Source: Thalia democratica
Taxonomy: Eukaryota
Assembly (NCBI GenBank): GCA_965202585.1
Contig: OZ241826.1
Coordinates: forward strand, 23,622,001 to 23,686,000
Direction: 5' to 3'
Length of the DNA stretch: 64,000 nucleotides
The notes below the pieces were generated by a model. That model was not told the DNA's origin. It ran no database searches and saw only the letters and a program-made list of their open reading frames with translations. Position numbers and translations under genes: made by a program. Positions 25,020 through 39,111 of the stretch are shown here, one piece after another (the stretch's first letter is position 1; each line of letters opens with the position of its first letter).

Positions 25020-28000
25020 AACTACCAGGTTTTAACACAACCCTGTTTAATTAATAGTATTTCGGAAACAAAATTATGCAAAACTTTCTAGTTTTAAAAA
25101 AATCTTTGTCATAAAACTAAATAAACTCAGCTATAAAATGCAGCAGACACATTACATAGCTAACACTGATTGTGGTTTGACAAATTACCACCTCGTTAGC
25201 TTTTATATTATCAACTAAATTATATACTAGAAAACAACTAAAAATTTGAATATTGTGCCTGTAAAAAGTTCACTTCTTACAGTTTTTCTTTATCTTATTC
25301 TTTTTTTTAAAAGAGCACATTTTTGGGTCTACTTTTAAATTAAAGTTAAGTTTAGATAGAAAAAAATTATGTTAAATAGTTAACAACATTGAAAAGACAC
25401 TGTAAAGCTACCTTTTAAAAATAAATAATTTGATGTTGACAAAACTTTTTTATTCATATGATAGATTTTTTACATTACATCAAAATTTTACTGTTGCTCC
25501 TGTTTTAATTATTTAAAATTCTAGGTTTTTCATGATGTTCTAGGGATGTTTGTTAGAAATTCAAGGTTTTTTCAGATTCTTTTTAATTTAAATTTTTTAA
25601 ATTCTAGTTTCTTTAGGTTTTTAGCCTTAATTTTCTAATTCCAGTTTGTCTAAACTACCAGGTTTTGAGACAACCCTGTTTAACAAATAATATTTTCAAA
25701 ACAAAATTATGCAAAACTCTCAGTTTTATAAAAATCTATGTCATAAAACTAAATAAACTCAGCTATAAAATGCGGAAGACACATTACACAGCTAAAACTG
25801 ATTGTGATTTGACAAATCACCACCTGGATAGCTTATATATTATCAACTAAATTCTATACCAGTAAACAACAAAAGGTTTGAATATTGGGCCTGTAAAAAG
25901 TTCTCTTCTTACAGTTTTTCTTTACTTTATTCCTTTTTTTAAAAGAGCACATTTTTGGGTTTACTTTTAAATTAAAGTTAAGTTTAGATACAAAAAATTA
26001 TATTAAATAGTTTAACAACATTGAAAAGACGCTGTAAAGCTACCTTTTAAAAATAATTAATTTGATGATGACAAAACTTTTCCTTCATATGGTAGATTTT
26101 TTACATTACATCAAATTTTTACTTTTACACAGGTTATAATCATTTGAAATTCCAGGTTTCCCCTGATATTCTAGGGATGTTTGTTAGAAATTCAAGGTTT
26201 TTTCAGATTTTTTTATACTTAATTTTTTTTCAATTCTAGTTTCTTCAGGTTTCTAGCCCAAATTTTCAAATTCCAGTTTTTCTATTCTACTATAAGTCTA
26301 GTGGTTTTGAGACAACCCTGTTTAATTAGTAATATTTTGAAAACAAAATTAAGCAAAACTTTCTAGTTTTATAAAAATCTATGTCATAAAACTAAATAAA
26401 CTCAGCTATAAAATGCAGCAGACACATTACACAGCTTAAACCTATTGTGGTTTGTTAAATTACCACCTGGATAGCTTATATATTATCAACTAAATTCTAT
26501 ACCAGAAAACAACAAAAGTTTTGAATATTTCGTCTGTAAAAGGTTCACTTCTTACAGTTTTTCTTTATTTTATTCTTTTTTTTAAAAGAACACATTTTTG
26601 GGTCTACTTTTAAATTAAAGTTAAGTTTAGATAAAAAAAAAATATGTTAAATAGTTAACAGCATTAAAAAGACACTGTAAAGCTACCTTTTAAAAATAAA
26701 TAATTTGATGTTGACAAAACTTTTTTATTCATATGATAGATTTTTTACATTATATCAAAATTTTACTGTTGCACATGTTTTAATTATTTAAAATTCCAGG
26801 TTTTTCCTGATGTTCTAGGGATGTTTGTTAGAGGTTCAAGGTTTTTTTTCAGATTCTTTTTTATTTAAATTTTTAAATTCTAGTTTTTTCAGGTCTCTAG
26901 CCTTAATTTTAAAATTCCAGTTTTTCTAAACTACCAGGTTTTGAGAGAACCCTGTTTAACTAATAATACTTTGAAAACAAAATTATGCAAAACGCTCTAG
27001 TTTAAAAAAAATCTATGTCATTAAACTAAATAAAGTCAGCTATAAAATGCAGCAGACAAATTACATAGCTAACACTGATTGTGGTTTAATAAATTACCAC
27101 CTGGATAGCTTATATATTATCAACTAAGTTCTATACTAGAAAACAACTAAAGATTAGAATATAGTGCCTGTAAAAGGTTCACTTCTTACAGTTTTTCTTT
27201 ACTTTATTTTATTCTATTTTTGAAAAGAGCACATTTTTGGGTCTACTTTTAATTAAAAGTTAAGTTTAGATATTAATAAAGTTATGTTAAATAGTTTAAC
27301 AATATTGAAAAGACACTGTAAAGCTACCTTTTAAAATAAATAATTTAATGATGACAAAACTTTTTTATTCACATGATAGATTTTTTGCATTACATCAAAA
27401 TTTTTACTGTTACACATGTTATAATTATTTAAAATTCCAGGTTTTTCCTGATATTTTAGGGATTTTTGTTAGAAATTCAAGGTTTTTTCAGATTCTTTTT
27501 TATCTATTTTTTTAAATCCTAGTTTCTTAAGGTTTCTAGCCTTAATTTTAAAATTCCAGTTTTCAAAACTATCAGGTTTTGAGAGAACCCTGTATAACTA
27601 ATAATATTTCAAAACAAATATATGCAAAACTCTTAGTTTTATAAAAATCTATGTCATAAAACTAAATAAACTCAGCTATAAAATGCGGAAAACACATTAT
27701 AAGCTAACACTGGTTGTGGTTTGACAAATTACCACCTGGACAGCTTATATACTATCAACTAAATTCTATACTAGAAAAACAACTAAAGATTCGAATATTT
27801 CGTCTGTAAAAGGTTCACTTCTTACTGTTTTTCTTTATTTTATTCTTTTTTTTAAAAGAACACATTTTTGGATCTACTTTTAGGTTATAGTTAAGTTGAG
27901 ATACAATAAATTATGTTAAATAGTTTAACCAACATTGGAAAGACACTGAAAAGCTACCTTTTAAAAATAAATAATTTAATGATGACAAAACTATTTTATT

Positions 28001-28450
28001 CATATGATAGATTTTTTGCATTACATCAAAATTTTTGCTGTTACACATGTTATAATCGTTTAAAATTCCAGGTTTTTCCTGATATTTTAGGGATTTTTGT
28101 TAGAAATTCAAGGTTTTTTCAGATTCTTTTTTATCTATTTTTTAAAATCCTAGTTTCTTCAGTTTTCTAGCCTTAATTTTAAAATTCCAGTTTTCAAAAC
28201 TACCAGGTTTTGAGAGAACCCTGTTTAACTAATAATACTTTGAAAACAAATATATGCAAAACTCTTAGTTTTATAAAAATCTATGTCATAAAACTAAATA
28301 AACTCAGCTATAAAATGCGGAAAACACATTACACAGCTAACACTGGTTGTGGTTTTACAAATTACCACCTGGATAGCTTATATATTATCAACTAAATTCT
28401 ATACTAGAAAACAACTAAAGATTTAAATATAGACCCTGTAAAAGGTTCAC
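25020..28450. repeat. Tandem array, ~5.4 copies of a ~635-bp unit (X module + left-truncated CAGGG MITE)
   Basis: ctaccaggttttgaga.aaccctgtttaa recurs at ~25022, 25655, 26300, 26931, 27569 and 28200. Each unit runs X module ...aaaggttcac|ttcttacag MITE body ...caaccctg. The array exits into normal X sequence (aaaggttcac|gcttggct) at ~28450. Confidence 0.9.
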
Positions 28451-29899
28451 GCTTGGCTAAACAATTTTTTTTAGATTCGAAGTTTTAAATGAGTAAGGCT
28501 TAGTTTATTTTTATGAAGTACAAGAAAGAACTCGAATTTAAATTGAGTAATTACTGTGTTTAATTAGTATTAAACACAAACAACACTAACAAGTTTAAAG
28601 AAAATGATTAATGTAACTAGATAAAATTCAAGTCAACTTGAAATAAAGTGATATAATTCTACAAAAAAAAAAATTGATTGAATGTTATATAAGTAATCTT
28701 AAATTCCTTAAGTTAAATGCCCAAATATTTTTTTGCAAATTGTTTGCAGAGAAATAAAAATCTGTGTGTGATTTTATAGAATGATTTAGAAGAGTAAGAA
28801 TTATATACTAGCACCAAAATGCTGGAAAAAAGTTCGATGATAATTATACTAAATAAATCACTTATAATTATATTACAAAACTTGAATTCTCAAAACATAG
28901 TTAAGATTAATTTATCTATACTAAAAGTTGTTGACAACAAAAAAAGACTCATATAGATTTTTTTTTAAATATTTTCAATAAACAACTCTTTACAGCACTC
29001 ATTTTTTCATAATGAAGTTTTAGAATTTTTAGGCACTAAACTGTCATTATTATTAATTCCAACTATTATTTTTAGGATCACAATAAGTAATAGTCTTTCC
29101 TATTCTATCAAAATGAACTATACTTAATGTTAGTTTTGCAAAAAAAGTTACTGCTTAAAAATTTTGGATATTTAAAAAATTTTTTTTTTTAAATAAGTTT
29201 ATTAGTTAAAACATTACAAAATTATATTTTCATCAAAATTAAAATAACACAAGCCTCAAGTTATTTTTATAAAATTTACTAACTTTAAGGGTTTTATTTG
29301 AAATAAAAAGAGAATAAGTGTTTGAGTTTACATAATTTATGGCTTAATTTAATGGAATGTAGAAGATGTAGTAATTAATAATTAAAAAATTTTGTAATTT
29401 TTGAAAAGACATAAAAACATAATTAGTTACATTTTCAAACAAATTAGAAAAAAACTAGTTACTAAACTTTGAAATATACCAGAAAGCTTTAAACTTATAT
29501 AAGATTTATTTAAAAATAAAAAATAAACTAAATTCTATTAGTAAATTCTAGCTAGTTGTTGAAACAAACACTACTAAAATAACTTACTCTCCAACAAAAT
29601 TAACATTTATATTTTGGTGGATCTTTTTATGGGGTTTCAAGTTGCAGCAGTTGATTTTCGCAAAATTTTGCAAAACTATTAAATTTATACTTTTTATTGA
29701 TTTCATCAAAATACTGGGAGAGATTTTCCATTCTCGAACTTTTTAAACAATATAGAAGCAATCAAAACATATTCTAAATGTTTACACAATAAATCTAAAT
29801 ATAAAAATTCATTAGAAACTTATTTATGGTATATTATATTATATTCTTTACATGATATAAAAAACGTTTAAGAAAATGTCTATTAGCTTAATTTTATAA

Positions 29900-30180
29900 T
29901 TTTATATGTACAAAACCGTACTTTATACTTAATAAAATCTACTTAAATTTTAAAAAGTTTTAGCCAAGCTTTTGAAGTTTTTACAGAAATGGAATTTGAA
30001 ATATTTTTTTATAGATTTACAGGATAAAACTTGTTTAATTTTTATATGTATAAAAACTTATTTTTTAATAAATCGATGCTACTATATTTCTAAAAAGTTT
30101 TGACTAGGCCTTTGAAATTTTAACAGGAATGGAATTTTTTTTTTTTTATTATATTTACATGATAAAATTTGTCTTAACAT
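29900..30180. repeat. Short tandem duplication, 2 x ~140 bp
   Basis: tttatatgta...aaaagtttt...tttgaa..tt.acag.aatggaattt...atttaca.gataaaa at ~29901 and ~30041. Confidence 0.6.
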
Positions 30181-33100
30181 CTGTGTGTTAGCTAAGTTTT
30201 AAAATTTGTAATTTATGTACTAAATGCTTATACAATTTACTAAAAGTTTTGGCTAAGTCTCTTAAAATGTGTTATATTTAGTTTTAAATTCATATAATAA
30301 TTAAAACTTTTTAGTAAAAAATTATCTTAAATTTATTTAGAATAAACTAAAAATAGCTGAATTTTGACAATTCAATTTTTACAAAATTTAGTTGTTACAC
30401 TTTTAAACCAAGCAAAACAAAGTAAAGCTATTTTTGTTGATTTGTTTACTTTATTTGTTAATAAACATTTGTATATGAAATCTACATAATATGCCAGAAC
30501 TAGCTAAGTTGTTCTTGATCTAATTATACAGTTTATTTTTTACCACTAGTTTTTGTATAATGTTACTGTTTGTTTGAATAATTGCAAAAAAAAACAATTA
30601 CATCTTGAGGAATGCACAGAATTATTCTTAACACCAAAAGTTGTTATCTTATTTACATTTCAAGCTACTAAAGTATAATGATAAGAACAGTTTTAAGTGA
30701 AAGAAAATGATTTGCATAAACAAATTTATTCTTTTTTAATTTTAACACTAAGTTTTTTTCAACTCAGCATAAAACTTTATTTTGAACAATGGTTACTAAG
30801 CAAGTTAAGTACGGAAAATACAGCGAAAAAAAGTCATAAATAATAAAGTGGTTAAGCTTTAAACATTAAGTAGCATTTTTTAGTTACAAAACTTACATTT
30901 TAAGCTTCTGCGATATACTAATATTTTTTTGATAAACGTAAAAAGACTTTTTTTGAACAATTGTACAAAAATATTGAAAAAATATGTCAAATCGATATAA
31001 AATTGTAGATTCTTTTTACAAACCAGTCAAACTTTACCAAAATACAAATGATGTAAATGTCTTCATAAAACAGTTAAATTTTACAAAAGCTATAAGCTAT
31101 ACCATTTTTATTTTTAGCGATAGGTAAAAAAACCCTAAAACTGGATATAAGTATAAAATAAGATACTTTTTTTATAAAATAGACTTGGTTTTTTTTGTTT
31201 TAAGTTTCTTAAGAACTTGTTAACATTACAGTAAATTAATTTTAGTTTTGTCATATTATAACTTTTTACTTTGACTTAAATTTAACTACATTCTATACAA
31301 TTACTAAAACATTCTAAGCAGGGTTGCATCAAAATGATAATGTTTTTACACCAACCTAACACCGAATACTTATAAGAATGTCTTGGATTAAGATAAAAAT
31401 AACACGCTCGACTAATTATTGTAGAAGTTCCTGGGACTATTGAATTTTTAAATGGCAAGCTAGCTATTAAAGTAATTAAAACTACAACAGTTGACTAGTC
31501 AAAAAAATAATTTTCAGCTAAGAACAAAACTAAAAAAAAAACTTTAGATTTATTGTTGAATGTTTAACAATCCCGATTTAATAATGCTGTTACTTATCTT
31601 TACGCGAACCTGGCTCTTATCTGTCTCCGTGCGTTATAACACTATCGGTGATGTTATTTAAACGTTTAGACTAAGCTAAGTTATTTAACAATTGTGATAC
31701 ATATACTATATAGTACTGCGATACAAATACTATATAAAACTGTAAAAATAACTATTTTAAATCAAATGTTTATACAAAAAACAGTCGAAATCGTACTTAA
31801 AAAGTACGATGCGAACACAACACTTATAGCACACAATGTTAACACTAGCACGCTTAAACTTACTCTCCAAAGTGAGCGCGTTTTCTGAATTTAACCGGCT
31901 TGAATAGTTTGAGAAAAAAGAAAGAAAAGAGAAAGCCGCTTTTGAATTTGAAAAACCTTGCTAAACTGTTACATTCTCTCGAACTAAACTCGCCATTCTA
32001 GAAATTAAAGTTGTCTTTAAGAAAACATTGTCTTAAATTAGTTCTAAATTTGTAAAAATACTAAAAACCCTCTAATATAGAAGCATACATGAAAAATGAC
32101 CGTCGGCTGTGGTCGACTTATCTCTTGTTATTTGTAAAAAATATAACTTTAGTTTTAAAATGCTTTAAAATCCGTAGATGACGTGCGGAATTAATTAAAA
32201 ATTTTGAACAACTTACAAAATGAAAAAAACAACTGAAAGAATTTTTAGAATTTCGCTGATAGTACTCCGTTGTTTCTAGTACACGCTCTTCGTACATGCT
32301 TGGTCTCCTCATCTGTTCTCCACCTCGTCCACCGTGCTGATGGTGCATCAGGTCTCTGTGTCACCTTCGCCGACTTCTTGATGACTTTGGATTCTCGAGC
32401 CATTTTCGTGCGAAAGTTCAAAAAGGTGTAAGCAATTACTTGAATTAATAAAATTACAAGTAAAAATATAAAGAAGACACTTTTTAATTTTTTCAAGTAC
32501 TTTCAAGTATGTTTTCAAGAAACTTAAAAACATATATAGCTTCATTTTAAACAAACTATTTTCTATAAAAAATTAAGCGTATTAAAAACATTTGACATTT
32601 AACATGAGTTAGTTGACAAAACAAGCAATTACATGCATTTCCAAAATTTAAACTTGTTTTCGTAAATATATATATATTGAAATTTGTAATAATTTTTAAA
32701 AATTTCAATATTCTAGGAAAGTTAAAAACAAATTTGTTTGTTTAGCGTTTATATACTAAATAAGATTTTCAATAGCTCGAGTGACCTTATTAAAAATGTG
32801 TTTTTATAAATACACTGATGTGTATAACAACAAAAAAAAGGCAATAAAGTTTTTTTAACAGCAATTACTAAGTTTATTAAAGTACAACTGTAGATATTGT
32901 AGTTCAAAGTTTGAATAAAAAATTGTTGCTAAAAGACAAATTGAAATTAAGTATAACAAACTGAGGCATTTTTTTTAGTATAAGTAAGAGCTCAACATAA
33001 AACTTTTAATTAAAATTTACTTAAAAAATACTCATTTAAATTCTTATGACTTGATTTCGTACTAAGCTCTGTTCAGAAAGCTTCTTAGACTGGTTAGCTG

Positions 33101-34850
33101 CTATAATTAAATAAACAAATTACTTTTCGGCGGTCTTTACTATTCGCTGTAAGAGTTAATTAACCGTAAAGTTTCGATAACATCTCAATTCAATATTCCA
33201 GCGGTGAAAAACCGTGTACGAAGTAATATTCATAGTTTCACAACGGTTTATTTTCAAACAATTAAACGGTTTTTCGTGTTTATTTTAACTGTAAGACTAA
33301 CTATTGTTAACACTTAATTGATACTTTAAAAATTATTACTCATAACTACTAAAAATGAGTTCTATTTATTACGTATAAACAGATTTTTTGTTATTTTTAT
33401 AAATATAATTTTTATTAATGTTTTTTTTAGTTAATATTGATCAAGTTCCAACCTTTTAATCTACAAATTTGTTTTATTACGATTCAACAGTCTCTTTTTA
33501 GTTTTAAAGAAAAAGTATATTCGTTTACCAGTTTTAATCAAATTTATATCTTAAAATTTAAATTATTTTCTATAGTCAATTTAATATTTTACTACAAATA
33601 AGTATATAGTACTTTTTATTAGTTTATAGTTAAAATAGACACAACTAACAAATTAATTTATGTTAAAAATATCCCTTTGTGTAAGTGGATTTATTTTAAA
33701 TATTTTTTTTTTGTTTATGTTTTTATTAAAATATATTATAAAATCGTGTAATTTTATTTTACGTTAAATGTACAAGAATTATAAAAGTTTCTTGTTTTAG
33801 ACTTTAACTATTATAAAAGTTTTATCTAACAAAATAAATTTTATTTGAATGTTTCGTTTATATATAATTTAATTTATTAATAGTTAACGTTGATTCACAT
33901 GTAATTTTGAAATAAAATAATGTATATTTAGATAATTTAAACTAAAAAACAACACAACTAATTTGTATAAGTATTGAAAGTTAGATAAAGTATAAAATAT
34001 AAATACAGCAAAAAACACTTAAAAGTATACCCGTTAAAACTAATATTTAAATTTAATGATCTAACTATTTGATAATGATGCTTGATATTAGATAAGAATT
34101 AGCTTTTTTCATACGTTGAACACTGCCTTATAAGAAGCTTTCTTTCGTGCTCAGTAGAGCGAAGTATTTAGCGGTTAAACGCGAAGCCACCCACTTTTAT
34201 TAACTAATTTATTTTAACTTTTTTTTTGTGTGCAGTAAAAGTACATAATATCTAATATATATTCAATGTATAAACTATTGAAGTGTTTTGTGTAATTTTA
34301 GGATTTAATTTAAAGTAATAGCATTAGTATGCTTCTACTGTCTAACTACTAAACGTTATCAAAACTTTGCTTGAAATCTAGATCACTTTTTTATAATTTC
34401 TACCATAAATTAAAGATATATTTTCTAACCTATACTTGATTTTAACTATAAATCAATTTTATTTAAAACATTTTGTATAGCTAAACAGAATTTTAGATGT
34501 ATCAAATCTTTTTAGATAAATAAGAATACTTAAGTAAGATAAACATCAAAGTTTGTAATGTTTCAATCACTTAAAGTAAACAATCTAGAACTGCCTCCAT
34601 AAAGCTTATTTGAAATCTTTTTAATTTTTTCGCAATATGTTTATGTAATAGTTGCAACACGTAAAAAAATCATTTAAAAGCATGTTATTGGTCCTATTCA
34701 GTTCGCATTGAAGGGTTAAAAAACGGTTTGACTCTTCTTGGAGATAGTTTCTAAACTTGTTTAAAACATTGCACCGCGGGCTTTGTGGTATTTGTAAACT
34801 AAAAAAAAAGCTGAAAACTCTAAGTCGCTGTATTTGTAAGTACCCTAGTG

Positions 34851-36233
34851 CAGTGCTTCTGAAATAGGGTTCCGCGGAACCCTAGGGTTCCGCGACGTCT
34901 CTCAGGGGTTCCGCGAAGCCATTCGAAATTTAAAAAAGAAATTTGAAAAAAAAAACATAAATTATAAAACTTCAAAAAAAATGGAGCACATAAAATGGAA
35001 AACATATATAATTATAGCATTTATTGATCTGCTTAGTGTATATCAAGCGGTAGGACTTTAAATGGGTATTCATTATTAATAGGTGTCCTGGTTACGCAAA
35101 TTTTTGCAAACTTTTGAATTTCTATTTTTAGTGAAGTCATGAAAATACTGGTATTATCACTAAAGCAAACAATGTAGGAGCAATGAACTTACACATGCAA
35201 GGGAAGCAAAATTTCATTTTTGTCATGACAGACAAGATTGAGTTGTTTAAAAATAGAATTAACTTTAATAGAAAAGAAAAAGGTTAGCAATGGTAATTTT
35301 GCGATGTTTCACTGGTTTGATGAGGCCCATGAAAAATGCATAGAGTTCATCTTCTCTGACGAATTATACAACCACTTTGATCTTTGGTCTATAAAGTTTC
35401 AACATTATTTTCCTGAAGATGTTCGCATCGGAAATTTATGGATTTTGAATCCTTTTATGTTTGATATTGCTTCAGAAGAAGTGAATCTTCCTACAGATAC
35501 AGTAAACGAATTGCTGCAACTATCTGAAGAGAGCAATTTAAAATTGAGTTTCAAAGGGAAGGAGCTTTTAGATTTTTGGATATGTGCAATATCAGAGTAC
35601 TCCGTCTTAGCAAAGCGCGCAGTAAAATTTATTTTACCATTCACCACCACTTATCTTTGCGAGTCCGGCTTTTCGCATGTAACAAACATTAAAACGAAGC
35701 AAAGGAACTGTATGCTGACTCCAACCTTATCTACCTGTCTCCGTCTCAGTCTATCTAAAATCCAGTCGCGCATTGACATGCTTCTTGCTAAGAGACAAGT
35801 TCAAGTTTCGCACTAAATGTTTTTTATTTAATTTTCGTTAGGCATTTTACCTGTTTATTACAGTAATCTGTGAATTCGATTAGGTTCATGTTTATTTCGT
35901 TATTGTTTGTAGCTCTCATTTGTTTTTATTATGCAAGGAATGATTTTTATGACGTTGCGATTAATCATGTTTGCTTTCGTTTATTTATTATAGAATCATA
36001 AAATACCTATTGCCTCTGGCGCACTTTGAGTTTGACTCGACTTAATACTATTACAATTGGTATGATTTCTGACAATGATATAGTTTTGCTAAAAAATTAG
36101 TTTTTCACTGAAATTCTTTTGGTTTTGAGTAAATATTAAATTAAACATTTATGTAAAATTAAATTAGGGGTTCCGCGGAAAAGTTGAAATTAGGAAAAGG
36201 GTTCCGCCACTAGAAAAAGGTTCAGAAGCACTG
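34851..36233 (+). mobile_element. hAT Buster/Charlie-family transposon, internally deleted (1383 bp)
   Basis: 13-bp perfect TIR cagtgcttctgaa; perfect 8-bp TSD ccctagtg (34843-34850 / 36234-36241, NNNTANNN); subterminal GGTTCCGC repeats at both ends. Confidence 0.95.
35238..35816 (+). pseudogene. C-terminal fragment of a Buster-type hAT transposase (dimerisation domain; SCAND3/ZBED5-like)
   Basis: FWI...EYSVLAKRAVKFILPFTTTYLCESGFSHVTNIKTKQRN...LRLSLSKIQSRIDML...QVSH is the typical Buster C-terminus; the N-terminal and catalytic parts are missing. Confidence 0.9.
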
Positions 36234-37630
36234 CCCTAGTGCACATAGCAAAAGCAAGTATTGATTTTTACAAATGAAATGTTAGCATCAATGATAAAAA
36301 TTCTCTAAACCTACCGTTAACTAAAATGCACTATACAATTATAAGGACACATAGCTAAGTAAGTTAGTAAAAAGTGTGATAAATACTGTTTTTAAAATAA
36401 AAGCTAGTACCATAGCAAAATTTACGGAGAGAATTTACTGTTTTTGTCTCGTTTAACTGTTATCTTTAAGTTATTAACCCGGAAAACTCCATTGTAAACC
36501 TATAGGAATAAATGCTACTTAATAAAAAGAACGAATAAAAAAGAACAGTTACCTCTATTTTAAAGTTGGTTTGTAATGCGTCTTTTAGTATTTCTCTACA
36601 ATTAAACAAATAGTTACCAGCAAATGGTAAAAGTTAAAAAGGGCAATAAGAATATTAAAAAAAATAATGGAAAGAGAAATGTAAAAAGACCAAAAATATA
36701 TATATATACAAAGAAATTTCTTAAATACAAACCAAGGGCAAAGTTTAGAGAAATAGTTTTATTAAAAAGAGTGTAAAAAAAGAATGAAAAAAACCTAAAC
36801 AAACAATATAAGGTAAATAGTTTAAACTAGTCCTAAACTGAGGCTGTGCAAAAGTTACCTTCCGTGCAAAAGTTTACGTTCGTACATTTCTGAAACAAAC
36901 CAAAATTCATTACTATTAATAAACTACTACTGATATACCATTGGCTATTTAAATTTAGTTGCTTTCAATAATAGTTAAACAATATATAGTTTTTAATCAA
37001 GAACATTTAAACAGTAACTAAAGTTGTTATTTTTTATGGAAACGTAAACGATTTGAAAACAAAATCTTTTTTTTTTGTTAATGAATAATCTAAAGGGAGA
37101 ATAAAAAGCACTACACTCTTAATTTATTATAAATACAAACTTAGCTTAGATTTTAAACTAACTGTTTTGAAACACAAAACTTATATAAAACCTTTTAAAA
37201 CACATATTTATATGAAAGCATCTCAAAGCATACGTTCTAATCTATTTAATTTAAAAGAGTTAATTCAAATGCCATGTTATTAAATCAAAATTTAGGCTAT
37301 ATTGCACAAATGTTTAACAATGCTAAAAAGAAAAAGTTTCGTTGTAAAGTTGACTGATAAGTCATAATCTTAATGAAAAAAAATTGTATTCAAGTTATAT
37401 CAGCTGTAAATAAATTTTTTTATATTAAGAAGAACTAGGACCAAAATTACAAAAACTTATTACCGTTAAACCTGGTACGAACTAGATATATCTTATATGG
37501 ATTTTAGCGTTTTTTAAAACATTTAAGCGGATATTCATTGTCTGTAGACATAAATTTGATAACGACTAATTTATTTTTAAAATGTGCTCAACAAAGTTGA
37601 AAACTTTTTCTTTTTGAAGTCCTATACAGT

Positions 37631-39111
37631 TTATAGTCGAGGAACTTGGATAGCAGAAAACAATGTGAGATGTTTTGTAAGTTCGCTATGTTTCTCACAC
37701 CATTTACCTTTCGTTGTGTCAAAACACAAAACATTTGATGAGCGCCTCAAATGAAAGTATAGTTTGTAGCCGGTGTTAATGGCTGTAAAAAAACTTTTTG
37801 AAGTTATGTCGTACAGTCTCAGTTCTGGTTTAAGAACAGTGAACTTTCTAGAAGTAGAATCATAAACTTCGTTTACATTAGTCCCTCCTCCTATAACGAA
37901 TATTTTATTCTGAACTACAACTGACATATGGAGACACCTTGAATAGTTCATGGTCGGAAATTTTGTCCAAGTGTCGTCAATCGGGTCGTATGCCTCAACT
38001 GTTTTTAATGTTCGGCGGTTTCTCTGATCGTAATGATTAACAAAGTCAAAAATTTCATCATCTTCGCTTCGTATGCCACCAGATACAATAACTTTTTCTT
38101 CGAAAACGCATGCAGCAGGATAATCTCTTTTTTCGATCATATTAGATTTGTTTTTACATGAGCAATCTTTCGTATCAAACTCTATACACAAATCTCTTTC
38201 CAAATTAATTGTATCCCATCCTCCAATTAGAAAAATTTTGTCCAAAAAACTGCATACAGCATAATTCATTAATACATGGTCATTTATATATTCTATATTG
38301 GCAACCACTTTGCACGTTTTTGTAATATGGCTGTACATTTCTACTTCTTTTATGATACCATTATCATCAAAACCACCAAATATGTACACTTTTCCCCTGA
38401 GGTAAACCGCTTTAGACTCATAACGCTTTCTTGTTAATGAGGAAATTATCTCAGGTTTTTTGTAGTCGTCATAATTCGTTATTTTCAATATTTTTGCACT
38501 AACAGGTTCAACATGACTTTCAAAATTTTTAGCACCTCCGAAATACAAAATGTCAAACGAATCATGACGGCAACATCTTGCTGTGAAAAACCTTCTCGGT
38601 TTATTTCTATAAAAATCAAAGTTGCCTTTCAAAACTTCACTTAAAACCGAAAGTGAATCTTTGTTCATTCTAAAACAACTTATTTTAGTTAGGATGGTTT
38701 TTAAGGTTTTCTCTGCTAATAGTGGGAGACGTATTTTGTGTAGCAGCCTTTTTGAAAATTTTGCTCGTTCAATTAAGTTGTAGCTTATCCATTTATCAAC
38801 AACTTGGTAAATTTCAATCTCAGTTGTGACTAACAAACTTGATCTAGAAAGAATTTCCTCGAGCAGATTTAATTCCAATTGTAAAAAGTTATTTGTCTCT
38901 GTAATCATCAAAAAACAGCTATCTATGTATACCAAAGCGTCTTTGCTCGAAAAACAAAATATCTTTGAAAGAGTTAGATGCATACGATAGTTTTTGTGAA
39001 CCATTTTATCTTTAAAACATTTAATTATTTTTTGCTCTTTATTGTCGTCTAAAGCTACCTTATTTAACTGCATGACTTTAGTAATGCGATGCTCTTGTAT
39101 TGTAACTTTAC
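37631..39111 (-). CDS. BACK + Kelch protein gene 3, coding exon 2 (joins exon A 44190-43953; predicted 572 aa)
   Basis: Acceptor attttcag|gt aaa gtt aca...gtc ATG is in frame with the 480-aa ORF; intact BACK and Kelch blades. Confidence 0.9.

Noticed and set aside
25665-28395. Repeated 61-85 aa ORFs in the tandem array
   Set aside because: Open in only some units, with near-cognate starts, and derived from MITE and X sequence.
25020-28450. CRISPR-like or other spacer array
   Set aside because: Whole 635-bp units are homologous, with no short repeats separated by unique spacers, and the context is eukaryotic.
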